From: Acidithiobacillus sp.
Lineage (GTDB): Bacteria; Pseudomonadota; Gammaproteobacteria; Acidithiobacillales; Acidithiobacillaceae
NCBI RefSeq assembly: GCF_023255755.1
Contig: NZ_JAGDVS010000151.1
Coordinates: 1-57,777, forward strand
DNA length: 57,777 nucleotides
Reading direction: 5' to 3'
In this document: positions 32,129 to 42,685 of the stretch, in pieces
Position numbering within the stretch: the stretch's first letter is position 1
Layout: each line of letters opens with the position of its first letter
Made by a program: the position numbers and the translations under genes
The notes under the pieces: generated by a model
What the model was told of the DNA's origin: nothing
Databases searched by the model: none
Seen by the model: the letters and a program-made list of their open reading frames with translations, nothing else

Positions 32129-32773
32129 TCAGAGCGCCAGCGCCAGTTGATCGCTGAGCGCCACCATACCCCGTGCCGGCATGGCACCACGGCGTTTACG
32201 GACGTCTACGTCGACCCCCTGCCGGGCGGGATGCAGCTCCAGACGTAAGGCGACGGGCACGGTAGCGGCGCTGCCTTGACGGAAAAAGAAGAAGGCCAGA
32301 CTGTTGCCCGCCTCGGCCGCCAGTTGCAGGCGACGCCACTGGGTATCCTGCAAAGCCGGTGGCCAGGCCAGCACCGCACTGCAACTGCCGGAACGCAGGG
32401 CCAGTTCCAGTGCCCAGAGCATATCCTGATCTTTGCGTGGATGCAGCACCAGCATCCGCGAAAGATCGACGCCTGCAGCCGCCAGCGCTGCCGGATAAGG
32501 GATATGCGGAGGCGCGACCCAGAGTATCCAGCGTGCCTCGCGCTGACTGAGTTCCGCCACGGCGGGCAGCACCAGACGCAATTCGCCGATACCGTCCTGA
32601 GCGCTCACCACTTCAGTGATGGCGCCACGTGGCCAGTCACCTACCAACAGATCCAGCTCCGGCCAATGCACCGCTACGCCCGGCGTCCGCTGATTATTCA
32701 GACCCTGCCACAAGCGCTGGGGATGCTTGGTCAACAGGGTGTTGACAACAGCCTTATGTGCAGATGGACTCAT
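32129..32773 (-). CDS. imuA: ImuA, SulA/RecA-like translesion synthesis protein
   Basis: WPRGAITE, GIGELRL, WALELALRSG, RRLQLAAEAG. Confidence 0.92.
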   Translation of the reverse strand: MSPSAHKAVVNTLLTKHPQRLWQGLNNQRTPGVAVHWPELDLLVGDWPRGAITEVVSAQDGIGELRLVLPAVAELSQREARWILWVAPPHIPYPAALAAAGVDLSRMLVLHPRKDQDMLWALELALRSGSCSAVLAWPPALQDTQWRRLQLAAEAGNSLAFFFFRQGSAATVPVALRLELHPARQGVDVDVRKRRGAMPARGMVALSDQLALAL

Positions 32774-33390
32774 AACTTGCCTCCAATACGCAAGAGTCCG
32801 ACCACCACACCTTCAATCGTCAGACTATCGCGCTGCAAATCCACAGAAATAGGTGAGAAATCGGGGTTTTCCGGCAAGAGCCAGACCTGATTGCCGTCCC
32901 GCTTCCAGCGTTTGACCGTCACCTCACCGTTAACCCGGGCCACTACCATCTGCCCGTCGTGGGGAGTGAGCGAGGCTTCGTGACGGACGGCGAGGATATC
33001 GCCATCGAGAATGCCGGCATCACGCATACTCATGCCCTGCACCCGCAACAGATAATCGGCCCCTGGCGAAAAGAGCTTTGGGTCGACGGGCAACTGCCCC
33101 TCCCGGAACTCTTCGGCCAGCATGGGTTGCCCGGCGGCCACCCGCCCGATCAGCGGCAAACCGATTTCCTCTTCTTCGCTCGCACAGAGGCGGATGCCCC
33201 TGGCCGTACCACTCTGCAGCAGGATATGGCCCTTGCGCGCCAGTACCCGCAAGTGACTTTCAGCGGCATTGGGTGAACGGAAGGCAAAGGCCCGCATCAA
33301 CTCCGCACGGGTGGGCGGCAGACTATCTTCTGCCATGCGGGCGCGAATCCAGGCGAGAATTTCGGACTGTCGGGGGGTGAGTTCGTCCAT
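32770..33390 (-). CDS. lexA: LexA SOS repressor
   Basis: PPTRAE..FRSPNAAESHL HTH, AG cleavage site (GRVAAG), GMSM Ser, TVKR Lys; start set at MDELTPRQ behind AGGAG. Confidence 0.97.
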   Translation of the reverse strand: MDELTPRQSEILAWIRARMAEDSLPPTRAELMRAFAFRSPNAAESHLRVLARKGHILLQSGTARGIRLCASEEEEIGLPLIGRVAAGQPMLAEEFREGQLPVDPKLFSPGADYLLRVQGMSMRDAGILDGDILAVRHEASLTPHDGQMVVARVNGEVTVKRWKRDGNQVWLLPENPDFSPISVDLQRDSLTIEGVVVGLLRIGGKL

Positions 33391-33434
33391 GCAATATCTC
33401 CTGAGGGCCAGCGGGTTATCATCGTTGGCAATAT

Positions 33435-33450
33435 CTGTATTTTTATACAG
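33435..33450. promoter_or_regulatory. SOS box (LexA operator)
   Basis: CTGTATTTTTATACAG = CTGT-N8-ACAG, about 45 nt upstream of lexA. Confidence 0.92.
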
Positions 33451-33556
33451 TCTCACTGCGGAATGCAAGAGGCTGGTTCAGAGCAGCGCCGCTACTCAGT
33501 CCCAGCGCTGCATTTTGACTATGACTTGGCAGTTATCGGTTTTCGGTGCTGCCGCT

Positions 33557-33813
33557 TCAAGCTGTGGGTTTATCGGAGGCGCAGCGGGCGCTGCCCGCCA
33601 CCTCTACCGACAAGCTCGCCTGGCCAGGCACCACCGCCACTGGGGCGCGCGCAGCCATCATATTCATGACCGGCAGACCCGGCGGTGGTGGGCCGCCGTT
33701 GCTGAGGCGACGCGATACGCCTGATTCACACTGAGCTGAATCTGCTGCTCTGGCTCTCCGGCCGGCGCCGGTACCAGCAATACGATCCATACGAAACCCA
33801 TGACTTTATTCAT
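33557..33813 (-). pseudogene. Internally deleted SIMPL/DUF541-like gene remnant
   Basis: One frame reads MNKVMGFVWIVLLVPAPAGEPEQQIQLSVNQAYRV; another reads PPPPGLPVMNMMAARAPVAVVPGQASLSVEVAGSA; these resemble SIMPL N- and C-termini. Confidence 0.55.
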
Positions 33814-33946
33814 AGTTTATAAACATTACAAACAAAATCAAAACGATAGATTATTACGACCTGTCCATTTGATTAACAATTCTTACTTTGTTAAGATTTT
33901 GCAACAACCATGTGCAGCAAGAATACAAGGCTGAAAAGGTCCAAAA

Positions 33947-34360
33947 ATGACGCGTCTTTTAACTCGTTACTTCGTCCTCGTCGGACTGCTTCTTGGGAGC
34001 GCCAGTATCGCTTCCGCAAGTACGAGCAGTGGAGGCATTATTGGCCTGTGGCAAACTGCAGGTGGCAGCGGTTATATCCGTATTTATGAGAAAAATGGCG
34101 CACTTTTCGGGCAAAGTGTGGGGCACTTGCAAGACACTGTGCAGCAGGCCCGTGCCAAGGGCCAGCCGCAAATTCTGGCCGACTTCGTACCCGAACGCCC
34201 GGGAGAATGGGCACAGGGCCGCATTTACGACCCGAACAACAAAACCTATTTTCATGGCACGCTGACGGCTTTAGATCCCCATGAACTTAAAGTATATGGC
34301 TATATCGGTTTTTCCTGGCTCGGTGGCGACACTATCTGGACCCGGGTTTCGACCAATTAA
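33947..34360 (+). CDS. DUF2147-family exported protein
   Basis: Signal peptide; IIGLWQT, GRIYDPNNKTY, LKVYGYIG..LGGDTIWTRV. Confidence 0.85.
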   Translation: MTRLLTRYFVLVGLLLGSASIASASTSSGGIIGLWQTAGGSGYIRIYEKNGALFGQSVGHLQDTVQQARAKGQPQILADFVPERPGEWAQGRIYDPNNKTYFHGTLTALDPHELKVYGYIGFSWLGGDTIWTRVSTN

Positions 34361-34392
34361 AACCGGCGCGACGAACTGGGAACCCCCATTGA

Positions 34393-35967
34393 TCAATGGG
34401 AGATCTGGGCCAACTGCGCGTCGTTGATCTTCACTTTGGCATGCTCCCGCAAGTCCTTCAGATAAGCTGTCGACAACAAACGACCTCTCTGCTCCTCCAG
34501 AGATGCGCGAATTTGCATCGCCACTTTGGGGTTTATTGCCGCTGCCGAAGGTGCAGTTACGCGGGTGACGGCAAAAATCTGGTAGCCCGACGACGTCTTC
34601 ACCATATCCATAGAGGGGACTCCGTCTACTGGTGCGGGTGCCGTAAAAGCAGCCACTAACGCCGCATTATCCAGCCCCTGCCCATTACGCCGGGTTACAT
34701 CGAGATAAGCGTGCAGCGGATATGCACCACGATCTGTCAGCACATCCATATTCTTCGCTTGCCGCGCTGCCGCCAACAATGCCTGTGCTTTGTTTTGAGC
34801 CAGTTGCGACGCCTTTTCCGAGGTTAATTTTGCCGTAATGGTGCCCGCAACAGCACTCAGAGGTTGGACGCTACCCGGCGTATAGTGGAGCAAATGCACA
34901 GCCAGCAAATCCCCGTTCGTCAACGTGAGCGCTGTACTATTTTTACCGGCAAGCACAGCCTTGCTAAAGGCAAGGTCGAGCGCTTTGGCGTCGGCAAAAG
35001 GCCCCTGGGCAAGTAACGTCCCGGCAGTGAGTATCCCGCTCTCCTGAACCTTCAGGCCATAGGCTTTGGCAACCGTACCTAACCCGTCAGGACTACTAAA
35101 CAGACGATCCTTGAAGTTTTCCACCTGGGCCTGGAAGGCATTTTCGGCCTGGCTATTAAAAGGCAAAGCGCTCTGCCCCACCGCCACTGCGGAAGAGCTG
35201 ATGGTCGAACTCGTCGGGGCTGAACTCTTACCGACAAAATTCTTCGGTCCCAGAACGACATATTGCACCTGCGCCTGCGCGGGCAACTGGAATTGATCGA
35301 CGTTGGCGTGATAGTAACCGGCCACTTTGGCACTTGTTGGCTTAGCCGCCGCCGCGAAGTCGGCGTCCTGGATATCTACTGCACTGACATCGCGGTATTC
35401 CTGAGACCAGGCCCAAACCTGGGTTGCCTCAGCATCCGAGGCGGTAGCAATGACTTGGGGAATGACTTGTAACTGCTCCAGGCGCATACTCTCTCTCAAC
35501 ATGCCTTCAAACTGTGCTGGTGTCATTCCGTTAGCGGCCAACAATGTCTGGTAATGATTTTTAGAAAAAACACCCTTCTGTTGAAAGGCCGGAATGGATT
35601 CGATTTTTTTCGCCAATGCGGCATCGGGCACCTGTAACCCCAGACGTCCCGCCTCTGCACCTAAAAGCATATTGTCAATCAAACCATTAAGAACATCCAG
35701 CCCGAAGCTCTTGTCCGCCGCCATCTTCGCTGCGGTTGCTGCACCAAAAATGTGACTATAACGTTCCTGAGCATCCTTCATACGTTTCTGAAATACGGCA
35801 TCGGTAATCTTCTGGCCATCCACCGTCGCTATAGCCGACGAATTTGAACCCCCCGAGAATAAATACCCGCTTACGCCCCAGAGCACGAAAGATAATGCGA
35901 TTAAGATCATGAGTATTTTGGCTACCCAGGACTGACCAAAATTCCGAAATCTATCCATCATAAGCAC
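34393..35967 (-). CDS. ppiD: PpiD-like periplasmic chaperone (SurA N-terminal domain)
   Basis: LIALSFVLWGV anchor, IATVDGQKI, IPAFQQKGVFS; conserved position after hupB and tRNAs. Confidence 0.85.
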   Translation of the reverse strand: MLMMDRFRNFGQSWVAKILMILIALSFVLWGVSGYLFSGGSNSSAIATVDGQKITDAVFQKRMKDAQERYSHIFGAATAAKMAADKSFGLDVLNGLIDNMLLGAEAGRLGLQVPDAALAKKIESIPAFQQKGVFSKNHYQTLLAANGMTPAQFEGMLRESMRLEQLQVIPQVIATASDAEATQVWAWSQEYRDVSAVDIQDADFAAAAKPTSAKVAGYYHANVDQFQLPAQAQVQYVVLGPKNFVGKSSAPTSSTISSSAVAVGQSALPFNSQAENAFQAQVENFKDRLFSSPDGLGTVAKAYGLKVQESGILTAGTLLAQGPFADAKALDLAFSKAVLAGKNSTALTLTNGDLLAVHLLHYTPGSVQPLSAVAGTITAKLTSEKASQLAQNKAQALLAAARQAKNMDVLTDRGAYPLHAYLDVTRRNGQGLDNAALVAAFTAPAPVDGVPSMDMVKTSSGYQIFAVTRVTAPSAAAINPKVAMQIRASLEEQRGRLLSTAYLKDLREHAKVKINDAQLAQISH

Positions 35968-36091
35968 ATCTCCACAAAGCCATAGTACCGAGGTAAAGCT
36001 GTCTGTATATTTAGCGCTCTACCATAAAGGAAGAGCTCTCAAAACGCCATAATGGCTGCATCAGTGTCTCGCTATACAAAAAAACAGACAC

Positions 36092-36120
36092 AAAAAAAGG
36101 CGCCCTAAAAGGGTCGCCTT
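36092..36120 (-). terminator. Rho-independent terminator after hupB and the tRNAs
   Basis: AAGGCG(A)CCC/GGGCGCCTT stem followed by a U-tract on the minus strand. Confidence 0.75.
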
Positions 36121-36128
36121 ACTCGCAT

Positions 36129-36205
36129 TGGCGGGGCGGACGGGGCTCGAACCCGCGACCTCCGGCGTGACAGGCCGGCATTCTAACCAACTGAACTACC
36201 ACCCC
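36129..36205 (-). tRNA. tRNA-Asp (GTC)
   Basis: GGGGTGGTAGTTCAGTTGGTTAGAATGCCGGCCTGTCACGCCGG...GGTTCGAG...CCA; 77-nt cloverleaf. Confidence 0.97.
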
Positions 36206-36216
36206 AATAAAATTGG

Positions 36217-36292
36217 TGGTGGGCGGTGAGGGGCTCGAACCCCCGACATTCGGCGTGTAAAGCCGACGCTCTACCAACTGAGCTAACCGCCC
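36217..36292 (-). tRNA. tRNA-Val (TAC)
   Basis: GGGCGGTTAGCTCAGTTGGTAGAGCGTCGGCTTTACACGCCGA...GGTTCGAG...CCA; 76-nt cloverleaf. Confidence 0.97.
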
Positions 36293-36304
36293 AAACCAGA
36301 CGCG

Positions 36305-36577
36305 CTAGTTTACTGCATCACGCAGTGCTTTACCAGCCTTAAATTTAGGTGTGCGACTTGCGGCGATCATGATTTCTGCACCAGTAGCGGGATTACGGCC
36401 TTTGCGCGCCTCACGGCTGGAAACAAGGAAGGAACCGAAACCGACCAGAGTTACCTGATCACCAGCCTTCAGTGCCTCTGTAATCACCTTGACTGCCGCA
36501 TCCAGAGTATGGCCGGCGGCGGCGCGAGTCACGCCAGCTTCTTCTGCAATCTTCTCGATCAACTCCGATTTATTCAT
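36305..36577 (-). CDS. hupB: DNA-binding protein HU
   Basis: MNKSELI, LVGFGSF, GRNPATG, PKFKAGK; downstream of lon. Confidence 0.95.
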   Translation of the reverse strand: MNKSELIEKIAEEAGVTRAAAGHTLDAAVKVITEALKAGDQVTLVGFGSFLVSSREARKGRNPATGAEIMIAASRTPKFKAGKALRDAVN

Positions 36578-36642
36578 ATTTCTTTCTCCTGTTATGGACT
36601 CGGTTACTAGGTATAACTGCGCATCAACTCTATCCAGAAAAC

Positions 36643-36672
36643 GTTATAGCAGGGTAAAAAAAGACTTGTCAA
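36643..36672 (-). promoter_or_regulatory. Sigma70 promoter of hupB
   Basis: TTGACA-N18-TATAAC on the minus strand. Confidence 0.75.
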
Positions 36673-36825
36673 GAAAGTGCAAAAAATGGCCTGAATCACG
36701 AATCATAGACCGGCCTTCGCCAATGAACCATTGCTGTCAGGAGCATGACGACATAAATGTCGTCATGCTCCTACGCCTATTCTACATAACTAAAAAATTA
36801 TGGAGACAGTTTTCACACCACATCC

Positions 36826-39258
36826 TTAATGTGCCATTGCCTTGTCCTCGGAAGGCTCATTAACCGCTACTACGCCAACCAACGCTTCTCCGCTGTCGGC
36901 GGGCAGCGGCATCGGTGATGACTCCAGCGCGATAGCCAGAACCTCGTCAATCCACCGGACCGGTTTGATGGTCAGTGCATCACGCACATTTTTTGGAATT
37001 TCCTGCAGATCTTTTTCATTCTCCGCCGGAATCAAGACCGTGCTGATGCCACCGCGATGTGCTGCCAGCAACTTCTCCTTTAACCCACCGATGGGCAGGA
37101 CCTCACCGCGCAGCGTGATCTCCCCGGTCATGGCGACCGTGGCATGCACCGGAATATTGGTCAGCGCCGATACCAAGGCAGTGGCCATGCCAATACCGGC
37201 ACTTGGCCCATCTTTAGGCGTGGCACCTTCTGGCACATGGATATGCACGTCACGGTTCTGGTAAAAATCTGCAGGAATGCCCAGCGCCCGTGACCGGGCA
37301 CGAACCACGCTCATGGCGGCCTGGATAGACTCCTGCATAACATCTCCCAGCTTACCGGTGATCAGCAGCTTGCCGCGACCCGGTACGACGACAGCCTCAA
37401 TACTCAGCAATTCACCGCCCACCTCAGTCCAGGCCAGACCAGTGACCTCACCGATGCGGTTTTCCTTCTCCGCCTTGCCGAAGTCGAAGCGACGCACCCC
37501 GAGATACTTGTCCAAATTGCGATCCGACACCTGCACCCGCGTGCGCTTTTTGTCGAGCAGGAGTTCCTTTACTACCTTACGACAGATACGTGCGAGCTCC
37601 CGCTCCAGATTACGCACGCCGGCTTCCCGGGTGTAGTAACGGATGATGTCCCGGATGACCGTCTGTGAAACTTGCATCTCCCCATCCAGTAGCCCCGCTT
37701 TTTCTGTTTGCTTAGGCAGAAGATACTTGGTGGCGATGTGGATCTTTTCGTCTTCGGTGTACCCGGATATACGAATCACCTCCATGCGATCCATCAACGG
37801 TGCCGGGATATTGAGCGTATTCGCCGTCGTGACAAACATCACCTCCGAGAGATTGAAATCCACTTCCAGGTAATGGTCGTTGAAAGTCGCATTTTGCTCG
37901 GGATCCAGCACTTCGAGGAGGGCGGAGGCCGGGTCACCCCGGAAATCCATCGCCATCTTATCCACTTCATCCAGCAGCATCAGCGGATTGCGCGTAGCAA
38001 TCTTGGCCAGACTCTGGACGATTTTACCCGGCAGGGCACCGATATAGGTACGCCGATGTCCGCGAATTTCCGCTTCGTCGCGCACGCCACCTAGGGACAT
38101 CCGCACAAATTTGCGTCCGGTCGCCGCTGCGATAGAGCGCCCCAGACTGGTCTTACCCACGCCAGGCGGACCTACCAGACACAGGATGGGACCGCGGCTG
38201 TTGCCAACCCGTTCCTGTACGGCAAGATATTCGAGAATGCGCTCCTTGACGTCCTCCAGACCGTAATGATCGGCGTCGAGAATAGCCTTAGCCCGCTTAA
38301 GATCCTTGGTGATTTTACTGCGCTTGCGCCACGGCACCCCCACCAGCCAGTCGATGTAGTTACGCACGACCGTCGCCTCTGCGGACATGGGACTCATCAT
38401 CCGCAGTTTTTTTAGTTCAGCGTCCGCCTTGACCCGTACATCTTTAGGCATTCCGGCCTTGTCGATTTTACGCGTCAACTCATCCAGCTCACTACCGCCC
38501 TCTTCCGACAGATCACCCAGCTCTTTCTGAATGGCCTTCATCTGCTCATTCAGATAATACTCGCGCTGACTCTTCTCCATCTGCCGCTTGACGCGGCCGC
38601 GGATGCGCTTTTCCACCTGCAGCAGGTCAATCTCAGACTCCATCATGCCCAGCAGATGCTCCAGCCGGGCGCGGGTGTCCGCCTTCTCCAGAATTTCCTG
38701 TTTTTCTTCGAGTTTGAGGCTGAGATGTGCCGCTACCGTGTCGGCCAGTCGTGCCGGATCATCCATGCTCGCCAGAGTAGACAGGATCTCCGGGGGAATT
38801 TTTTTGTTCAGTTTGACGTAGGCCTCAAACTGGGCACTGACCGAACGCATGAGCGCTTCCAGCTCACGATCGTTTGCCGCACCACTGGCGACGATCTGCA
38901 CCTGAGCACGCAAGGATTCCTCCGCAGGCAGGAAGGAGACAATTCTAGCCCGGTCCGTACCTTCGACCAGCACCTTGACCGTACCATCAGGCAACTTGAG
39001 TAATTGTAGAATCGTCGCCAGCGTGCCGATCCGATAAATATTTTCCGGTTGAGGATCATCGTCCGCGGCATTTTTTTGTGACACCAGCAAAATCTGCTTT
39101 TCACCAGACATTGCCTCTTCCAGGGCGCGAATCGACTTCGTCCGCCCCACGAAAAGAGGGATAACCATGAACGGAAATACCACAACATCGCGCAGCGGCA
39201 ACACCGGTACCATCTGCGCTTCCTCTTCCACCAGGAGACTTTTATCGATTTGGGCCAC
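36826..39258 (-). CDS. lon: Lon protease
   Basis: [19 protein letters not shown] Walker A, PKDGPSAG catalytic Ser. Confidence 0.99.
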   Translation of the reverse strand: MAQIDKSLLVEEEAQMVPVLPLRDVVVFPFMVIPLFVGRTKSIRALEEAMSGEKQILLVSQKNAADDDPQPENIYRIGTLATILQLLKLPDGTVKVLVEGTDRARIVSFLPAEESLRAQVQIVASGAANDRELEALMRSVSAQFEAYVKLNKKIPPEILSTLASMDDPARLADTVAAHLSLKLEEKQEILEKADTRARLEHLLGMMESEIDLLQVEKRIRGRVKRQMEKSQREYYLNEQMKAIQKELGDLSEEGGSELDELTRKIDKAGMPKDVRVKADAELKKLRMMSPMSAEATVVRNYIDWLVGVPWRKRSKITKDLKRAKAILDADHYGLEDVKERILEYLAVQERVGNSRGPILCLVGPPGVGKTSLGRSIAAATGRKFVRMSLGGVRDEAEIRGHRRTYIGALPGKIVQSLAKIATRNPLMLLDEVDKMAMDFRGDPASALLEVLDPEQNATFNDHYLEVDFNLSEVMFVTTANTLNIPAPLMDRMEVIRISGYTEDEKIHIATKYLLPKQTEKAGLLDGEMQVSQTVIRDIIRYYTREAGVRNLERELARICRKVVKELLLDKKRTRVQVSDRNLDKYLGVRRFDFGKAEKENRIGEVTGLAWTEVGGELLSIEAVVVPGRGKLLITGKLGDVMQESIQAAMSVVRARSRALGIPADFYQNRDVHIHVPEGATPKDGPSAGIGMATALVSALTNIPVHATVAMTGEITLRGEVLPIGGLKEKLLAAHRGGISTVLIPAENEKDLQEIPKNVRDALTIKPVRWIDEVLAIALESSPMPLPADSGEALVGVVAVNEPSEDKAMAH

Positions 39259-39299
39259 GGTCTACTCCAAAAGTAGGTGATTACTACCAATAACAGTGC

Positions 39300-39327
39300 A
39301 GATGGGGTCGTCGACAGTGCTTTTCAA
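39300..39327 (-). promoter_or_regulatory. Sigma32 (RpoH) heat-shock promoter of lon
   Basis: TTGAAA-N14-CCCCATCT on the minus strand, matching the RpoH consensus. Confidence 0.8.
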
Positions 39328-39345
39328 TAACGACCACGCTCTACG

Positions 39346-40617
39346 TCAGGCCGGATGAGACATATCCACCTTGGCAGCATCATCGTAAACCAGCAGCGGC
39401 TTGGTGCCGCTTTCCACGACGGCGGCATCCACTACCACCTTTTTCACGCCACTCATCGAGGGCAATTCGTACATCGTATCCAACAGAATCTGCTCAAGAA
39501 TAGAGCGTAAACCACGTGCTCCGGTCTTGCGGGTCAGTGCCTTCTTGGCAATGGCCCGCAATGCCTCGGTACGGAACTCCAGAGTCACACCTTCGAGGGC
39601 GAAGAGCTTCTGGTATTGCTTCACCAAAGCATTCTTCGGATCGGTGAGGATGGAAATTAGTGCTTCTTCATCCAGTTCTTCCAGCAGCGCCAGAATAGGC
39701 AACCGTCCGACAAACTCGGGAATCAAACCATAACGAACCAGATCTTCCGGCTCCAGATTCTGCATCAGCATGGCTGCGGTCGCTTCTTTATCGCGGCGCT
39801 TGAGGGGCGCATTGAAGCCCATACCGCCCTTCTCCAGACGCGTAGAGACGGACTTCTCCAAACCCGCAAAGGCACCACCACAGATGAAGAGGATATGCCG
39901 CGTGTCCACCTGCAGAAACTCCTGCTGAGGGTGCTTGCGGCCGCCTTGTGGCGGAACCGAGGCCACCGTCCCTTCAATCAGCTTGAGTAACGCCTGCTGC
40001 ACGCCTTCACCGGAAACATCGCGGGTGATAGAGGGGTTCTCGGACTTACGAGTGATCTTGTCGATCTCATCGATATAGACGATGCCGGTCTGCGCCTTTT
40101 CCACATCGTAATCACATTTCTGCAGCAACTTCTGAATGATGTTTTCGACATCCTCACCGACGTAGCCGGCTTCCGTGAGTGTCGTGGCATCGGCCATGGC
40201 AAAGGGCACGTTCAGGAGGCGCGCCAGGGTCTGCGCCAGCAGGGTCTTGCCCGAACCGGTGGGGCCGATGAGCAGGATATTACTCTTGTCCAGTTCCACC
40301 TCATTGTCCTTGCCACCATGTTCAAGACGCTTGTAATGATTGTAAACCGCTACGGACAAGACCTTTTTGGCAACGTCCTGACCAATGACGTAATCATCCA
40401 GCGTCTTGCGGATTTCCATAGGTTTGGGAAGTTTGTCCTGACCCTCGCTGTGGTCGTCCAGTATCTCGTCTTTGACGATATCGTTGCACAACTCAATGCA
40501 TTCATCACAGATAAATACCGAAGGACCGGCAATCAGCTTGCGGACTTCATGCTGGCTCTTGCCACAGAATGAACAATACAGCGTCTTTTCACCGCTTCCC
40601 TCGTGCTTTCCAGCCAT
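39346..40617 (-). CDS. clpX: ClpX ATPase
   Basis: CSFCGK zinc finger, [24 protein letters not shown]. Confidence 0.99.
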   Translation of the reverse strand: MAGKHEGSGEKTLYCSFCGKSQHEVRKLIAGPSVFICDECIELCNDIVKDEILDDHSEGQDKLPKPMEIRKTLDDYVIGQDVAKKVLSVAVYNHYKRLEHGGKDNEVELDKSNILLIGPTGSGKTLLAQTLARLLNVPFAMADATTLTEAGYVGEDVENIIQKLLQKCDYDVEKAQTGIVYIDEIDKITRKSENPSITRDVSGEGVQQALLKLIEGTVASVPPQGGRKHPQQEFLQVDTRHILFICGGAFAGLEKSVSTRLEKGGMGFNAPLKRRDKEATAAMLMQNLEPEDLVRYGLIPEFVGRLPILALLEELDEEALISILTDPKNALVKQYQKLFALEGVTLEFRTEALRAIAKKALTRKTGARGLRSILEQILLDTMYELPSMSGVKKVVVDAAVVESGTKPLLVYDDAAKVDMSHPA

Positions 40618-40635
40618 AGCTGTTCTCCTGCCTGT

Positions 40636-41280
40636 TCAGGCGGTCTCGTTTTCACCGCGATGGCTAATCACAGCGTCCACAAGACGGTAGGTTTGGGCCT
40701 CCTCGGCCGACATGAAAAAGTCTCTGTCGAGATCCTGCTCAATGCGTTCACGATCCTGTCCGGTATGATGGACCAAAATATCATTGAGCCGCTCACGGAT
40801 ACGCAGAATCTCTTTGGTATGGATTTCGATATCATGCGCCTGCCCCTGAAAACCACCGGAGGGCTGATGCAGCATAATCCGTGCGTTAGGCAGCGCGTAA
40901 CGCTTGCCTTCGGCACCAGCGGCCAGTAATACAGCCCCCATGCTCGCCGCCTGACCAATGCAGACCGTACTGACCTTCGGGCGAACAAACTGCATCGTGT
41001 CATAAATCGCCATGCCAGCCGTGACAGAACCACCGGGGCTGTTGATATACAGTGCGATATCTTTGTCAGGATTCTCCGCTTCCAGAAAAAGCAACTGAGC
41101 GACCACCAGATTGGCCATCATGTCTTCCACCTGGCCCACCATAAAGATCACCCGCTCTTTGAGCAGCCGCGAGTAAATATCATAGGATCGCTCGCCACGC
41201 CCGGTCTGCTCGACCACGATGGGCACATACCCCAAGCCCTGTACGGCGGGCGCCAACTGGTCTCCTGCCTGCTTCCACAT
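40636..41280 (-). CDS. clpP: ClpP protease subunit
   Basis: [26 protein letters not shown]; start uncertain. Confidence 0.98.
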   Translation of the reverse strand: MWKQAGDQLAPAVQGLGYVPIVVEQTGRGERSYDIYSRLLKERVIFMVGQVEDMMANLVVAQLLFLEAENPDKDIALYINSPGGSVTAGMAIYDTMQFVRPKVSTVCIGQAASMGAVLLAAGAEGKRYALPNARIMLHQPSGGFQGQAHDIEIHTKEILRIRERLNDILVHHTGQDRERIEQDLDRDFFMSAEEAQTYRLVDAVISHRGENETA

Positions 41281-41325
41281 AATCCATGCTCCTGTCTGTT
41301 GACACGGTCCCGCAACGGGCACCGG

Positions 41326-42612
41326 TTATTCCGCGTTTGCTTCGGCTACCGGTGCCCGGCCGATGAGCTGGTTAAAGCTGACAACCTCGTCGTTCACTTT
41401 AACACGCTCCAGAAGCCATGCCACCACTTTGTCTTCCAGCACCAGGGCCTCGGCCTGCTCCATCTGCTCGGGATTACTGCGGTACCAACTCATGAACTGC
41501 TCAGGGTCCTCATACTGCTCGGACATGTCCCGAATAACCTGAGTGACTTCCGCTGGGGATGCCCGCAGCTTCTCGCGCCGGACAATTTCCGACAAAACCA
41601 GGCCGAGTACCACTCGCCGCCTGGCCAGCGCGTCCAGATCATTGCTGCCAACTGCTGCATCGGCGTCTTTTTGCAAACGCTCCAATTCCTGTCCGATCAT
41701 TTGCCTGGGCAAATCGGGATGGTTGCTCTCCGCTACCAGTTCCAGAATCTGCGCTTTCACCTGACCCCGGCTAATCCGCTGCGCTTCACGTTCCAGATTT
41801 TCCCGTACTTCCTGCCGCAATATGGCTACATCCCCATCCTCAATACCCAGTGCCAGGGCAAAAGCCGCGTCCACTTCGGGCAATTGGGGGGCCGCCACTT
41901 CCCTGACCTGAAGATGGAACTGGGCAGCCTGACCGGCGAGTTCCGGAGCATGATATTCTGCCGGAAACTGTACCGCGACGGTCCGGTCTTCTCCCGCAGA
42001 CATCCCCAGCAGTCCCTGCTCAATGTCCCGCAGCAAACGACCGGAGCCCAGCACCACGGGGTAGTCGGTCACATCCCCGCCCGCCATGGGGGCACCATCA
42101 ATGGTCCCCTGAAAATCCACGGTGACCCGGTCTTCGTCCTGTGCAGCACGCTCGGCAGACACATAAAAACGCCGCTGCTGACGCATAATGTCTATGGTGG
42201 CATCCACGTCCGCATCCGTCACCTCAGCCGTCTTGCGGATAACGGTGGCGTCCGGCACCTGCGGATCAAATTCGGGATACACCTCTACCACGGCCGTAAA
42301 CACGAGGTCCTCGCCGCGCCCACCTTTCTCGACCTGCACTTCCGGTCTTCCAACCGGACGTAAGGACTCGTCACGCACTGCCTGAGAATAGCGTTCATTG
42401 ATAAGATGATCGAAGGTCTCCATGAGGGCATCCGAACCATAATGGCGTTCGATGAGGGCCATGGGCGCCTTGCCGGGCCGGAATCCGGGGAAACGCGCGG
42501 AGCGCGCCTTGTTACGCAGACGCTGGGATACCCCACTCTCCACCTCACTGGCGGGAATGGTCACATGGATGTGTCTTTCCAAAGGCGCGGCCTCTGGTGT
42601 CGAGATTTGCAT
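41326..42612 (-). CDS. tig: Trigger factor
   Basis: GFRPGKAP ribosome-binding motif, FKBP-like domain; precedes clpP; start may be 42633. Confidence 0.96.
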   Translation of the reverse strand: MQISTPEAAPLERHIHVTIPASEVESGVSQRLRNKARSARFPGFRPGKAPMALIERHYGSDALMETFDHLINERYSQAVRDESLRPVGRPEVQVEKGGRGEDLVFTAVVEVYPEFDPQVPDATVIRKTAEVTDADVDATIDIMRQQRRFYVSAERAAQDEDRVTVDFQGTIDGAPMAGGDVTDYPVVLGSGRLLRDIEQGLLGMSAGEDRTVAVQFPAEYHAPELAGQAAQFHLQVREVAAPQLPEVDAAFALALGIEDGDVAILRQEVRENLEREAQRISRGQVKAQILELVAESNHPDLPRQMIGQELERLQKDADAAVGSNDLDALARRRVVLGLVLSEIVRREKLRASPAEVTQVIRDMSEQYEDPEQFMSWYRSNPEQMEQAEALVLEDKVVAWLLERVKVNDEVVSFNQLIGRAPVAEANAE

Positions 42613-42685
42613 GAACTGATCCTTCTTTTGCATTTTGTCTAAGCCTAAACGTTAATAATAAACACAAGCCACCTGCCCCTCAAGG

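Noticed and set aside
36003-36018. CTGTATAT half-site upstream of ppiD
   Set aside because: No ACAG right half, so not an SOS box
36214-36219. Genomic CCACCA at the tRNA-Val 3' end
   Set aside because: Probably chance spacer sequence; no duplicated tRNA 3' end or integrase suggesting an att site
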